Positions 27,900 through 37,247 of a DNA stretch of 64,000 bases are shown one piece after another; within the stretch, counting starts at the first letter, position 1; every line of letters begins with the position of its first letter. Source of the DNA: an uncultured Clostridia bacterium (GTDB lineage: Bacteria > Bacillota > Clostridia > TANB77 > CAG-508). The notes beneath the pieces were generated by a model. It was not told where the DNA came from and searched no databases. It saw only the letters and a program-made list of their open reading frames with translations. Location of the stretch: positions 84,060 to 148,059 of the forward strand of contig CAKPDR010000001.1 in the NCBI GenBank assembly GCA_934149075.1, read 5' to 3'. The position numbers were made by a program, and so were the translations under genes.

Positions 27900-30510
27900 A
27901 AATATTTTCATTTCTTATTGTTTCTATTATATTTTGCTTATTTATTTTTGCAATTGAATATCTCATTATTATAAATACTAATATAAATACAGCAATAATT
28001 GAAATTAAAATAGGTTTTATAGGTATATACATATTACCTTCAAATTCTGTTGAAAATGCTTTATATAATGCAAACGTTCCAATCATTCCAAGAGCAATTC
28101 CGTATATTAGTGCTTTTGTTGAATAAAATATTGTTTCTAAATTGATCATTCTATTAAATTCTCTTTTAGTCATACCAATACTCTTTAGCATTGCAAATTC
28201 TTTTTGTCTTAATTCCATATTAGATGTAATTGTATTAAATATGTTTGTTACTCCAATTAACGTAATAACAGTTATAAATCCATATAAGAATATTTTAATT
28301 ATTAAAACCATTGATCTTTCTTCTTTTACTTGTTCTGATATATTAAAATATCCGCTATCAATATTGATTGATTTTAATTCATCTACAAATCCATCTGGAT
28401 TACTAGATTGTATTGATATGTACCTTAATTTAAAATTCATGTCTTTGAAATAATCTAAATTAACAATAAAATACCCTCCATCATAATATGATTTTTCAAT
28501 TCCATAAGGTCTTGTATCAGTTATAGCACCAACTTTAAAACTTGTTTCTTTATTATCTAATTTTCCTGTAATTATATCTCCTACTGAATATTTATAAATT
28601 CTTTGAGTTATTCCCTTTCCTGATTTTTCATAATATAAATAATCATCACATAAGACCCCATTATCTTTTAATTTTTCAGCATTTGCTCCGATCTTTTTTA
28701 TATATTTATTCCAAGAATTATTATCTAAAGCTAAGATTTGTAATTTTGATACTTTTCCTTCTCCTGTTGGAACATATTCTTTTTGTTGTTCATCATAATA
28801 TTCATCTTCTTCCAATTTGATTCCAGCACCACTATTTATTTTGCTTAAATCCTTAATTTTTAAACATTGTTCTGTTTCATATAGCCAATAAGATTCATCT
28901 ATATATCTTAATTTTGAGATTTTATCTATTTCATCTTGTGTTCTTCCATCACAAATTATTTTTATATTATAATCATAGTCTTTATAATAATTACCTGTAA
29001 CATCAAACATATTTGCAATAAAACTGCTCATGGCTATAAATACAAATATACTTACGGCTAGTGATACTACAGTTGTTCTATATTTTTTCTTACTTCTTTT
29101 TAAGTTTTTATATGCCAAAACTCCGCCAGTTCCAAATACTTTAGAAATCAAAAATGGTACTTTTAACTTTTTAGCTTTTAATTTTACTTCATTTGGATTT
29201 TTTAATAAATCTATTGGACTTACTTTGCTTGCTTTCTTTGCTGATGATAATGCTGATAAATATATAGTAATTATTCCAAGTATAGCAGATAATATTATAG
29301 GATATATTGATACTTTAAGCATAATTCCATCAACATTCCCAAACAAACTATCTCCTGCAATCAAATTTACAATTTTTATTAGAATAATTACTGCTAATAT
29401 ACCTGATAATATTCCTAAAGGTATTCCTATCAATCCTAATATTAATGTTTCTGAAATCACATTTCTTTTTATTTGTTTTCTTGTTGTTCCTACGCTTGCA
29501 AGCATCCCATACATTTTCATTTTTTCTGTAATTGCTATTGCAAATGAATTTCTTATGCAAAATATACTTGTAAGCATAATTATAAATATTACAACACCAA
29601 CAACTTGATATAACATTATAATTGTATCATCACTAATTGCTAAAACTTCCCATCTTAAAAGATCTTCATTTACATCAAATTTTTCATAATTTAATTTTGG
29701 TGCAGAATTCTGTGTAGTGCTTGTATTTTCTGTGTCATCCGTAATTTCAGTATCTTTAACTAAATCATTATAATTAGAAGCCCCTAAAATATTAGCTATT
29801 GATGTTTTATATTCTTTTGGATTTTTTAAAGATATAAATGCGTCTTCTGTTCCATCTTTTATATTAGTAGAAATTATTGTATACCCTGGATTTCCATAGG
29901 TTTCAAAAGAATAATTTGGTCTTTCAATAATTCCTGTTATAGTAAATTCATATTTTTTAGTATCAGTTAATTGTTCATCAGCTTGATTATAAGGATTACT
30001 AGTATCTAATGTGTATCCATCTAAAGTCTTTCTTGTACCAATATCAATTTTTATTTTATCTCCAACTTTGTAATTTACTTTTCCATTAGTAGCAATATGC
30101 CTACTAATAACAATTTCATTATTGTTGTTTGGAAATCTTCCTTCTGTCAACTTAAATTTTAGTTCATCAAATATTTTGTTATCCATTGAATATAGCTTTA
30201 GATAAGGCTTATCCTCATTTTTTCCATTCTCTAATTTTCCATATCCAACCTCTTTAATAGTAAAAATATCCTCAATATCTCTATTATTTTTTAGTGTTCT
30301 TATATTTTCATCAGTAACATCATAAAGTTTCAAATGATAATATCCTGTTCTATTTATATCATCTTGCACCAATGTATGTTGAAAGCTTGTAGCCATAGTC
30401 GCAACAGCACAAATCAAAGCAGTTGATAATATTATTCCTATAATAGTACTAATAGTTCTTTTCTTATTTAATTTTAAGTTTCTAATAGATATCTTGTTAA
30501 GAATATTCAT
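27898..30510 (-). CDS. ABC transporter permease with two FtsX-type modules and two large extracytoplasmic domains (MacB/Bce-like superfamily)
   Basis: 870 aa. N-terminal TM then an approximately 260-aa loop, a 3-helix FtsX bundle (twice), and the typical ..NRTGYYH../..MLKSIGMTKREF.. segments. Confidence 0.8.
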   Translation of the reverse strand: MNILNKISIRNLKLNKKRTISTIIGIILSTALICAVATMATSFQHTLVQDDINRTGYYHLKLYDVTDENIRTLKNNRDIEDIFTIKEVGYGKLENGKNEDKPYLKLYSMDNKIFDELKFKLTEGRFPNNNNEIVISRHIATNGKVNYKVGDKIKIDIGTRKTLDGYTLDTSNPYNQADEQLTDTKKYEFTITGIIERPNYSFETYGNPGYTIISTNIKDGTEDAFISLKNPKEYKTSIANILGASNYNDLVKDTEITDDTENTSTTQNSAPKLNYEKFDVNEDLLRWEVLAISDDTIIMLYQVVGVVIFIIMLTSIFCIRNSFAIAITEKMKMYGMLASVGTTRKQIKRNVISETLILGLIGIPLGILSGILAVIILIKIVNLIAGDSLFGNVDGIMLKVSIYPIILSAILGIITIYLSALSSAKKASKVSPIDLLKNPNEVKLKAKKLKVPFLISKVFGTGGVLAYKNLKRSKKKYRTTVVSLAVSIFVFIAMSSFIANMFDVTGNYYKDYDYNIKIICDGRTQDEIDKISKLRYIDESYWLYETEQCLKIKDLSKINSGAGIKLEEDEYYDEQQKEYVPTGEGKVSKLQILALDNNSWNKYIKKIGANAEKLKDNGVLCDDYLYYEKSGKGITQRIYKYSVGDIITGKLDNKETSFKVGAITDTRPYGIEKSYYDGGYFIVNLDYFKDMNFKLRYISIQSSNPDGFVDELKSINIDSGYFNISEQVKEERSMVLIIKIFLYGFITVITLIGVTNIFNTITSNMELRQKEFAMLKSIGMTKREFNRMINLETIFYSTKALIYGIALGMIGTFALYKAFSTEFEGNMYIPIKPILISIIAVFILVFIIMRYSIAKINKQNIIETIRNENI

Positions 30511-30512
30511 TT

Positions 30513-31185
30513 CTACACCTCCTTAACAATTTTTCCATCTTCAATTTTAATAATTCTATCTGCTATTTTAGCAATTTCCATATTATGTGTAATCATAATT
30601 ATTGTTTGTTTATAATCTCTATTAGACCTTTTTAATAATTCAACAATTTCGTCACTTGATTTTGAATCCAAATTTCCTGTTGGTTCATCTGCTAAGATAA
30701 TTGCAGGATTAGTTATCATAGCCCTGCCTATAGAAGTTCTTTGTTGTTGCCCACCTGATAATTCATTTGGTAAATGATTTCTTCTATTTTCTAATCCTAA
30801 AACTTTAATTAATTCATCTAATTTATTTTGATTAACATCTCTATTATCTAAATTTAATGGTAAGGTAATATTTTCTTCAACATTTAATATAGGAATTAAA
30901 TTATAAAATTGATAAATCAATCCAACTTGCCTTCTTCTAAAAATTGCAAGTTCATCATCATTGAATTTGTATATATCTTTTCCATCAATAAAAACTTTTC
31001 CACTTGTTGGTCTATCAACTCCACCAATTAAATGTAAAAGTGTAGACTTTCCACTTCCGTGATGCTCCAACAATTGCTACAAATTCTCCTTTATTTACTG
31101 TAAATGATACATTATCTAGTGCTGTTACTTTTGTAATTCCTTCTCCATAAACCTTGCTTAAGTTTTCAACTCTTAATATTTCCAT
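30513..31185 (-). pseudogene. ABC transporter ATP-binding protein, frameshifted inside the Walker A motif
   Basis: The ATG at 31185 gives MEILRVENLSKVYGEGITKVTALDNVSFTVNKGEFVAIVGAS, then reads ..RKWKV. The track ORF resumes out of frame with GSGKSTLLHLIGG. One extra base near 31059 (GCATCACGGAAGTGG against the expected GCATCAGGAAGTGG). LSGGQQQR and ILADEPTGNLD are intact. Confidence 0.75.
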
Positions 31186-31285
31186 AATTAATTTTTTCCT
31201 TCCTTTTTATATTTGTTAATTAGATTGTATCATGACTAAAGTGACAAGTAAGTGACTATTTTAAATTTTATCAATTTACAAATAG

Positions 31286-31449
31286 TTACCAGTAGGGACA
31301 CCCATAAATGGTAAATTTTTTTACCACTAGGGACACCCTTTGTAATATTGGGGTTAACATCTTTTTTATAATGGTGTCCCTTCTGGTAATTTTTTTTACC
31401 AAAAATGAGTGTCCCCACTGGTAAAAATTCTTACCAACGGGGACACCCT
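31286..31449. repeat. REP-like cluster A: 5 units (2 forward, 2 reverse, 1 forward)
   Basis: Units at 31286-31314, 31321-31345, 31370-31389(rev), 31396-31424(rev) and 31431-31448. Each is TTACCA-NNN-GGGACAC(C/T)C.., with or without the closing TGGTAA arm. Confidence 0.9.
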
Positions 31450-31452
31450 TTC

Positions 31453-31968
31453 CTATTCCTTATTTAAAAATTTCATTTCAACATATAATTTATCTGCAAC
31501 AGATTGAACAACATTTTTTAAAAGATATTGTTCTTCTGTCATTTTCTCAACTTTTGGAAACTGTTTTCTTGAAAATGCGTTTTTTACTGATATTTCAAAA
31601 TTTGCACAAAATCTGTTATATGCTTTACTTAGCTCAAAATATTGTATTGTTAATGATATTAATTTTCCTATATCACTTATACTATATACCTGTTTCAATA
31701 TACATATTACCATTAAATATGCAATATGTGACCTGCTATATTTCTTTTTTTCAGGTGCTGGCATTATTCCTTGTTTTACATAGTTATTTATCATCGTTTT
31801 GGTTATTATTTTGTCTTCTTTATTTGTTGAATATTGTGATAAATATTTTTCTAAATAATTTACTACTTGATCTAAGTATAAATCAATTTCAGGCAATTCA
31901 TTCCATCTTGGTATATGTATTTTCATTATTATTTCTTCTATATCTATATTTATATTATTTTCCTGCAT
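31453..31968 (-). CDS. DUF1836-like protein
   Basis: WNELPEIDLYLDQVVNYLEKYL...ITKTMINNYVKQGIMPAPEKKKYSRSHIAYLMVICILKQV matches my recollection of DUF1836. Confidence 0.6.
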   Translation of the reverse strand: MQENNINIDIEEIIMKIHIPRWNELPEIDLYLDQVVNYLEKYLSQYSTNKEDKIITKTMINNYVKQGIMPAPEKKKYSRSHIAYLMVICILKQVYSISDIGKLISLTIQYFELSKAYNRFCANFEISVKNAFSRKQFPKVEKMTEEQYLLKNVVQSVADKLYVEMKFLNKE

Positions 31969-32035
31969 CTTTTCCGTCTCCTTTATATTTATGTTACTAT
32001 TTTAGCAGAAACTTTTTAAATTATCAACCATTTAA

Positions 32036-34141
32036 TTATTTAAGAATTCTAAGTGTATTAAATATTGTCAAAATTGTAACACCAACATCTGCAAAAACTG
32101 CTTGCCACATTCCGCTAATACCTAAAACACTCAATAATAATATTAATACTTTAACACCTACTGAGAAAATTAAGTTTTGTTTTATTATTCCGCATGTTTT
32201 TTTAGAAATATTTATTGCATCTATAATTTTTGAAATATCATCAGTCATTATTACAATATCTGATGCCTCTATTGCTGATTCTGAACCAACTCCACCCATT
32301 GATATTCCAACATCTGCTCTAGCTAAAACAGGTGAATCATTTATTCCGTCTCCTACAAAGGCTACTTTTCTATTTGTTGAATTTTCACTATTTTTAGTAT
32401 TTGCATTGATTATCTTTTCTAATTCATTATACTTATCTTGTGGTAACATTTCTGATTTTATATTTTGAATTCCTAATTCTTTTCCAATTTTTTCCGCATT
32501 TTTATGGTTATCTCCTGTGAACATACTTGTTCTTATTCCTTGTGCGTTTAATTGTCTAATTGCTTCTTTAGCTCCATCTTTAATTGTATCTCCTAAATAA
32601 ATTATTCCCACAAGTTCATCTCCAACTTTCACATAAATTATTGTTGTATCATCTTTTTCATCAGCTTTATTTTCATCATTTACTAAAGTTGAATTTCCAA
32701 CTAATATAGTTTTTCCATCATATTGATAACTTAATCCTTTTCCTGCAATTTCCTTGAAATCCTGAACTTCTACATTGTCAACGTCAACTTTATTAGCTTT
32801 TATTATTGATTTTGCAATTGGATGATTTGAAAATCTTTCTCCCATTGCAGCATATTTTAATACTTCTTGTTCATTGTAATTACTTAATATATCTATTTTT
32901 TGTATTTCAAATTCACCCTTTGTAAGAGTTCCTGTTTTATCAAATACTATTTCTTTTATGTCTTTAATTGCATCTATATAGTCACTTCCCTTTATTAGAA
33001 TACCCTCTTTTGAAGATTTACCTATCCCTGAAAAATAGCTAAGTGGTACTGATATTGCAATTGAACACGGACATGAAATTACTAAAAATATTAATGCTCT
33101 ATAAATACTACCATTGTTTCCAACATATGGTATATCTGTAAATAATGGTAAAAATATTGCTACAATTGCAGCTAATCCAATAACTATTGGTGTATAAATT
33201 GATGAAGCTTTATTTACAAATGTCTCCGTTTTAGCTTTTTTATCTGTCGCATTTTCTACCAAATCTAAAATTCTGCTAACTGTTGAATTTTCATATTTTT
33301 CTGTTACCTTTACTTCTATCATTCCATCTACAACAATACTTCCAGAAAGTACATTTTTTCCTTCTTGAACTTGTGACAATTTGCTTTCACCTGTTAATGA
33401 AGCTGTATTTAAATCTGCATTTCCTTTTGTAACAATTCCATCTAATGGAACCTTTTCTCCTTCTTTAACTAATATAATATCTCCAATTTGTACTTCTTCT
33501 GGTGAAACTTGCTTTATATCATTTTCAATTTTTAAATTTGCATATTCTGGTTTAATATTCATCAAATCTTTTATTGATTTTCTACTCTTATTAATTGATT
33601 TTTCCTCTAGAATTTTTCCAATTTCATATAAAATTATAACCATTAATCCTTCTAGATGTTCTCCAACTAAATAAGCTCCAATACATGAAATTGTTATTAA
33701 GAAGTTCTCATTTATCTTCTTACTTTTGAAAAGCATTTTTATAGCATTTTTAGCTGTTCTATATAACAAAATAGCATAACCTACTATAATTAGGATTATT
33801 GAAGCAGTTGCTGGTAATTTTGCATACATCCCTATAAATGCAATTGCAATTCCTATAACTAACCTACAAACTTGGCTCATTGTATTTGATTTTTCTTCCT
33901 TTTGTTCTGTATGCTCTAAAGAAGCGTCTATCATTTCAACATCAGGTTCTTGTTCCAATACTGCTTTTCTTACCTCTTCAACAGAAACCTCATCAGTTTC
34001 ATATGTTAATTTTAGCTTTGCGAAATTAACATTTACATTGTGCAAATTTGGATTCTTTTCCAACTTTTCTTGTATTTCATTTGCACATGCTGCACAATCT
34101 AAATCTTTTAATATAAATTCGTATTTTTTCATATTCATCAT
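32036..34141 (-). CDS. Heavy-metal translocating P1B-type ATPase (Cd/Zn/Co-type)
   Basis: N-terminal HMA CAAC, TM CPC (SCPCSIAIS), DKTGTLT, GDGINDSP. Confidence 0.9.
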   Translation of the reverse strand: MMNMKKYEFILKDLDCAACANEIQEKLEKNPNLHNVNVNFAKLKLTYETDEVSVEEVRKAVLEQEPDVEMIDASLEHTEQKEEKSNTMSQVCRLVIGIAIAFIGMYAKLPATASIILIIVGYAILLYRTAKNAIKMLFKSKKINENFLITISCIGAYLVGEHLEGLMVIILYEIGKILEEKSINKSRKSIKDLMNIKPEYANLKIENDIKQVSPEEVQIGDIILVKEGEKVPLDGIVTKGNADLNTASLTGESKLSQVQEGKNVLSGSIVVDGMIEVKVTEKYENSTVSRILDLVENATDKKAKTETFVNKASSIYTPIVIGLAAIVAIFLPLFTDIPYVGNNGSIYRALIFLVISCPCSIAISVPLSYFSGIGKSSKEGILIKGSDYIDAIKDIKEIVFDKTGTLTKGEFEIQKIDILSNYNEQEVLKYAAMGERFSNHPIAKSIIKANKVDVDNVEVQDFKEIAGKGLSYQYDGKTILVGNSTLVNDENKADEKDDTTIIYVKVGDELVGIIYLGDTIKDGAKEAIRQLNAQGIRTSMFTGDNHKNAEKIGKELGIQNIKSEMLPQDKYNELEKIINANTKNSENSTNRKVAFVGDGINDSPVLARADVGISMGGVGSESAIEASDIVIMTDDISKIIDAINISKKTCGIIKQNLIFSVGVKVLILLLSVLGISGMWQAVFADVGVTILTIFNTLRILK

Positions 34142-34149
34142 TCCTTCCT

Positions 34150-34211
34150 GGGCAAAAATGTACCCGGTACAAAATTGCCCGGTAAAAAATGTACCGGGTA
34201 CATTTTTTACC
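34150..34211. repeat. Two tandem 31-bp palindromes of the GTACCGGGTAC-core family (F3a, F3b)
   Basis: GGGCAAAAATGTACCCGGTACAAAATTGCCC followed by GGTAAAAAATGTACCGGGTACATTTTTTACC. They lie between the TAG of the ArsR gene and the SD of the ATPase. Confidence 0.9.
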
Positions 34212-34561
34212 TATCTATGTTCATAGCTTTCTTCTATATGTTTTTTAGCTAGTTCATACATTTCTGAAATATGTTCATCATCTAAAGAATAATAAACTGT
34301 TTTTCCTTCTTTTCTAAATTTTACTAATTTTGCTTGTTTTAAAACTCTTAATTGATGAGAAATCGCAGATTGCGTAGAATTTGTTATTTCTGATATATCT
34401 CCTACACATAATTCAGATTCTAGTAATGCACTTATTATTTTCATTCTTGTTGTATCTCCAAATACTTTAAAAACTTCAGCAATATCAAATAATAAATCAT
34501 CACTAGGCATTACTTTTTTTATTTTATTTACTTTTTCTATATCAATTAATCCTTCATCCAT
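34211..34561 (-). CDS. ArsR/SmtB family metalloregulator
   Basis: ELCVGDISEITNSTQSAISHQLRVLKQAKLVKFRKEGKTVYYSL. Confidence 0.85.
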   Translation of the reverse strand: MDEGLIDIEKVNKIKKVMPSDDLLFDIAEVFKVFGDTTRMKIISALLESELCVGDISEITNSTQSAISHQLRVLKQAKLVKFRKEGKTVYYSLDDEHISEMYELAKKHIEESYEHR

Positions 34562-34799
34562 ACTTCCACCTTCTTTTCAATATGTAAATTTTAATTTTAT
34601 TTTTCTATTATATTTTGTTATATGAATAATTGCTCATATGTTTATATTTTCATACTAACACTATTATATGTTTTTGTCAATAAATTTGTTAAATCTTTTT
34701 ATGAAATAATACTTTAGTTAATTTATTGTGTTTTTACATAAAAAATGTTATAATCTAGTAGATAACAATTATACAAAACCTAAAACAGGAGGAATTAAT

Positions 34800-34997
34800 A
34801 TGCAAGAATTTTTATTACTTTGCTCACTTATGTCGTTTAGTTGTTTTATCGTTATTGTAACAGATTTAATGATAAAAGATAAAAATGCAGTAATACGGTT
34901 TATAGGATACATGATAGACGTCATAATGGCTATACTTGTATTTTATCTAATTTTATATTATTATTTTGATATAAAATTATTAGAAATCTTCCTATAA
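34800..34997 (+). CDS. Small membrane protein (65 aa)
   Basis: The likely start is the ATG after GGAGGA (MQEFLLLCSLMSF..). Two hydrophobic helices. An upstream TGtTATAAT extended -10 lies at 34746-34754, with TTGTGT 17 nt upstream. Confidence 0.45.
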   Translation: MQEFLLLCSLMSFSCFIVIVTDLMIKDKNAVIRFIGYMIDVIMAILVFYLILYYYFDIKLLEIFL

Positions 34998-35043
34998 AAA
35001 TTCCTTCAAAAAAAATATAGTCATTTAACTAATTGTTAAATGG

Positions 35044-35787
35044 CTATATTTTTCTTCTTTGCATATTATAACAAATTTTAGCGACAAGATTATTTGGAGT
35101 GATTTTAGCCCCAAGTTTAGCTAGTCTAATTTTCCACCCTGGTACAATATAAAATTTTCCTTTAAGTAATTTTTCAACAGCATATTTTGCAACATAATCA
35201 CTACTTAAACCTTTTAATGCAAACTGTACATCTGCAACTTTATTAAAATTTGTATTAACCGGACCTGGACACAAAATGCTTATTTGCACATTTGATTTTT
35301 CTCTTCTTAATTCTTCTCTGATAGCTTCTGATATTCTTACAACATAAGACTTTGTCGAATAATATGTTGCCATTAGTGGACCAGGCATAAATCCCGCAAT
35401 TGATGCAACATTTAGAATTTTACCACTGTTCTTTTTTTTCATATCTTGTAAATATAATTTAGTTAAAACATGATATCCTACAATATTTGTATTTATCATT
35501 TGTAATTCTTTATCTAAGTCGGTCTTGTCAAAATATCCACAATCCCCAAATCCTGCATTATTTACAAGTATATCTATGTCATTATATTTATTGTGTAATT
35601 CTCTGCAATTTTCCGATTTAGATATATCCATACACACAACTTCAGATTTTGTTCTCAACTCACTCTTTAATTGGTTCAATTTCTCTATGTCTCTTGCCAC
35701 TAATATAAGCTCATATCCTTTTTTACTTAATTCCCTAGCAATATCTCTTCCTATTCCAGAAGATGCTCCTGTTATTAAAGCTTTCAT
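35044..35787 (-). CDS. Short-chain dehydrogenase/reductase (SDR)
   Basis: TGASSGIG, NNAG and YSTKSY (YxxxK). Confidence 0.85.
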   Translation of the reverse strand: MKALITGASSGIGRDIARELSKKGYELILVARDIEKLNQLKSELRTKSEVVCMDISKSENCRELHNKYNDIDILVNNAGFGDCGYFDKTDLDKELQMINTNIVGYHVLTKLYLQDMKKKNSGKILNVASIAGFMPGPLMATYYSTKSYVVRISEAIREELRREKSNVQISILCPGPVNTNFNKVADVQFALKGLSSDYVAKYAVEKLLKGKFYIVPGWKIRLAKLGAKITPNNLVAKICYNMQRRKI

Positions 35788-35814
35788 TTTTTCATTCCTT
35801 TCGGTTATAATTAA

Positions 35815-36558
35815 CTACCAAAGTTTTGTTGAAAAAGTACTCTTAAATACACTTATAATTGATTTAAATAAATTGACTATTATCCTGAAAAATATATTAC
35901 TTTCATATAATTTTGTAAAAAATCCTTTTACTATTGGTATTTGATAAATCAACATAAATGCTAATATTACAACTAAAATACAACCGACAAGTTTTATATA
36001 GTATTTAAAATTATGTTTATATCTAATTTTATACCCTCTATTTTTCATGTCTTGTATATATGCGTCTTCATATGCCTTATTGTATGCATTTTCTGTTGCT
36101 CTTCTTATTTCTTCTCGTAATATTTTTCCCATATTAGTTATTGCATTTCCTTCTTCAAAACCATTATATTCAGTATTTTGCACCGGTCTTTGATAATTAT
36201 TCTGAATTCTTTCATTATAAAATTGATTATTATTTACTGTAGAATTTTTTTCTAACTCATTTCTTAGTCTTTCATTTTCTTGTATTGCGTTTTCGTATTC
36301 TTCTCTTGATATTATTGTTCTTCTTAATTGTTCATCATATGATGCCTTTTTATATTCATCAGTTAATATAGAATACGCCTCATTTATTTCTTTCATTTTT
36401 TCTTCATACTCATTTTTATTTATTGCATTTTGTAAATCTGGATGATACTTTTTTACAAGTGTTTTGTATGCTTTTTCTATTACTTCGGGTGATGCTTTTG
36501 AATCTACTTCTAGTATTTCATAATAATTTTTCACTTTTTTCTCCATTCTTTTATTCAT
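35815..36558 (-). CDS. J-domain (DnaJ-like) protein with a C-terminal membrane anchor
   Basis: [30 protein letters not shown], plus a C-terminal [18 protein letters not shown]. Confidence 0.75.
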   Translation of the reverse strand: MNKRMEKKVKNYYEILEVDSKASPEVIEKAYKTLVKKYHPDLQNAINKNEYEEKMKEINEAYSILTDEYKKASYDEQLRRTIISREEYENAIQENERLRNELEKNSTVNNNQFYNERIQNNYQRPVQNTEYNGFEEGNAITNMGKILREEIRRATENAYNKAYEDAYIQDMKNRGYKIRYKHNFKYYIKLVGCILVVILAFMLIYQIPIVKGFFTKLYESNIFFRIIVNLFKSIISVFKSTFSTKLW

Positions 36559-36565
36559 GATTCAT

Positions 36566-37105
36566 TTATATTTCTGCTTCAATAATCTCACAATTTTTCA
36601 TTGTTATATCAGATAGCAATTTGCTTTCTGGCATTCCATAAAGATGTGCTTTTATAACCTTAGCAACTCCACCATGTGCAACAATTAATACAGTTTTATC
36701 TGAATATTTTTTCTTTATATCTTCTAAAAAGTCTAATATTCTTTTTTCAAAATCATGTAAATTTTCACCATCTGGAATTTGATAATTCAAATCATAATCC
36801 CATATTTGATTTTCTATTTCATCTGTTATTTCATGTCCTTCTAATTTTCCTAATTTTCTTTCTCTTATTCTTTCATCAATTATTGTTTGAACATTTCTAT
36901 TTTGATTAATTATTTCTGCTGTTTGTTTTGCTCTATACATTGGAGAACATATTACTATATCATATTTTACATTTTCTAATTCTTTTCTTGTTTCATTTGC
37001 TTGATTTATTCCAGTTTCATTTAATTCTTTTTCTGTTCCTCCACCTTGCATTTTTCTTGCCAGATTCCAATCCGTTTGGCCATGTCTAACATAATAAATT
37101 TTCAT
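36566..37105 (-). CDS. Histidine phosphatase family protein (phosphoglycerate mutase-like)
   Basis: MKIYYVRHGQTDWN (RHG motif) after SD AGAGGAG, and VAHGG near the C-terminus. The track ORF starts 17 codons earlier. Confidence 0.8.
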   Translation of the reverse strand: MKIYYVRHGQTDWNLARKMQGGGTEKELNETGINQANETRKELENVKYDIVICSPMYRAKQTAEIINQNRNVQTIIDERIRERKLGKLEGHEITDEIENQIWDYDLNYQIPDGENLHDFEKRILDFLEDIKKKYSDKTVLIVAHGGVAKVIKAHLYGMPESKLLSDITMKNCEIIEAEI

Positions 37106-37247
37106 TAAAATCACTCCTCTGTAATAAAAACTTTTTCTTTTGAAATTATTATCCATTTTTATTATACCATTTATACACTTTTTTTCAATCTTTTATTTTA
37201 TTTTTTTAAAGGACCTTATATTAGGTCCTTATTTTTTGAAACATTCA

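Noticed and set aside
29030-29608. 192-aa plus-strand ORF, and the 70-aa minus-strand out-of-frame ORF at 29348..29560, inside the permease gene
   Set aside because: Both are embedded in the FtsX permease coding region and neither has independent support.
31236-31418. 60-aa minus-strand ORF (MGTLIFGKK...)
   Set aside because: It is a read-through of the REP-like units of cluster A with a GTG start inside a unit. The related 43103..43285 ORF likewise reads through cluster B.
31554-32468. 304-aa plus-strand ORF
   Set aside because: It runs antisense across two different minus-strand genes (DUF1836 and the P-type ATPase) and the intergenic gap between them. The sense genes have clear motifs (GDGINDSP and others), so this is a shadow ORF.
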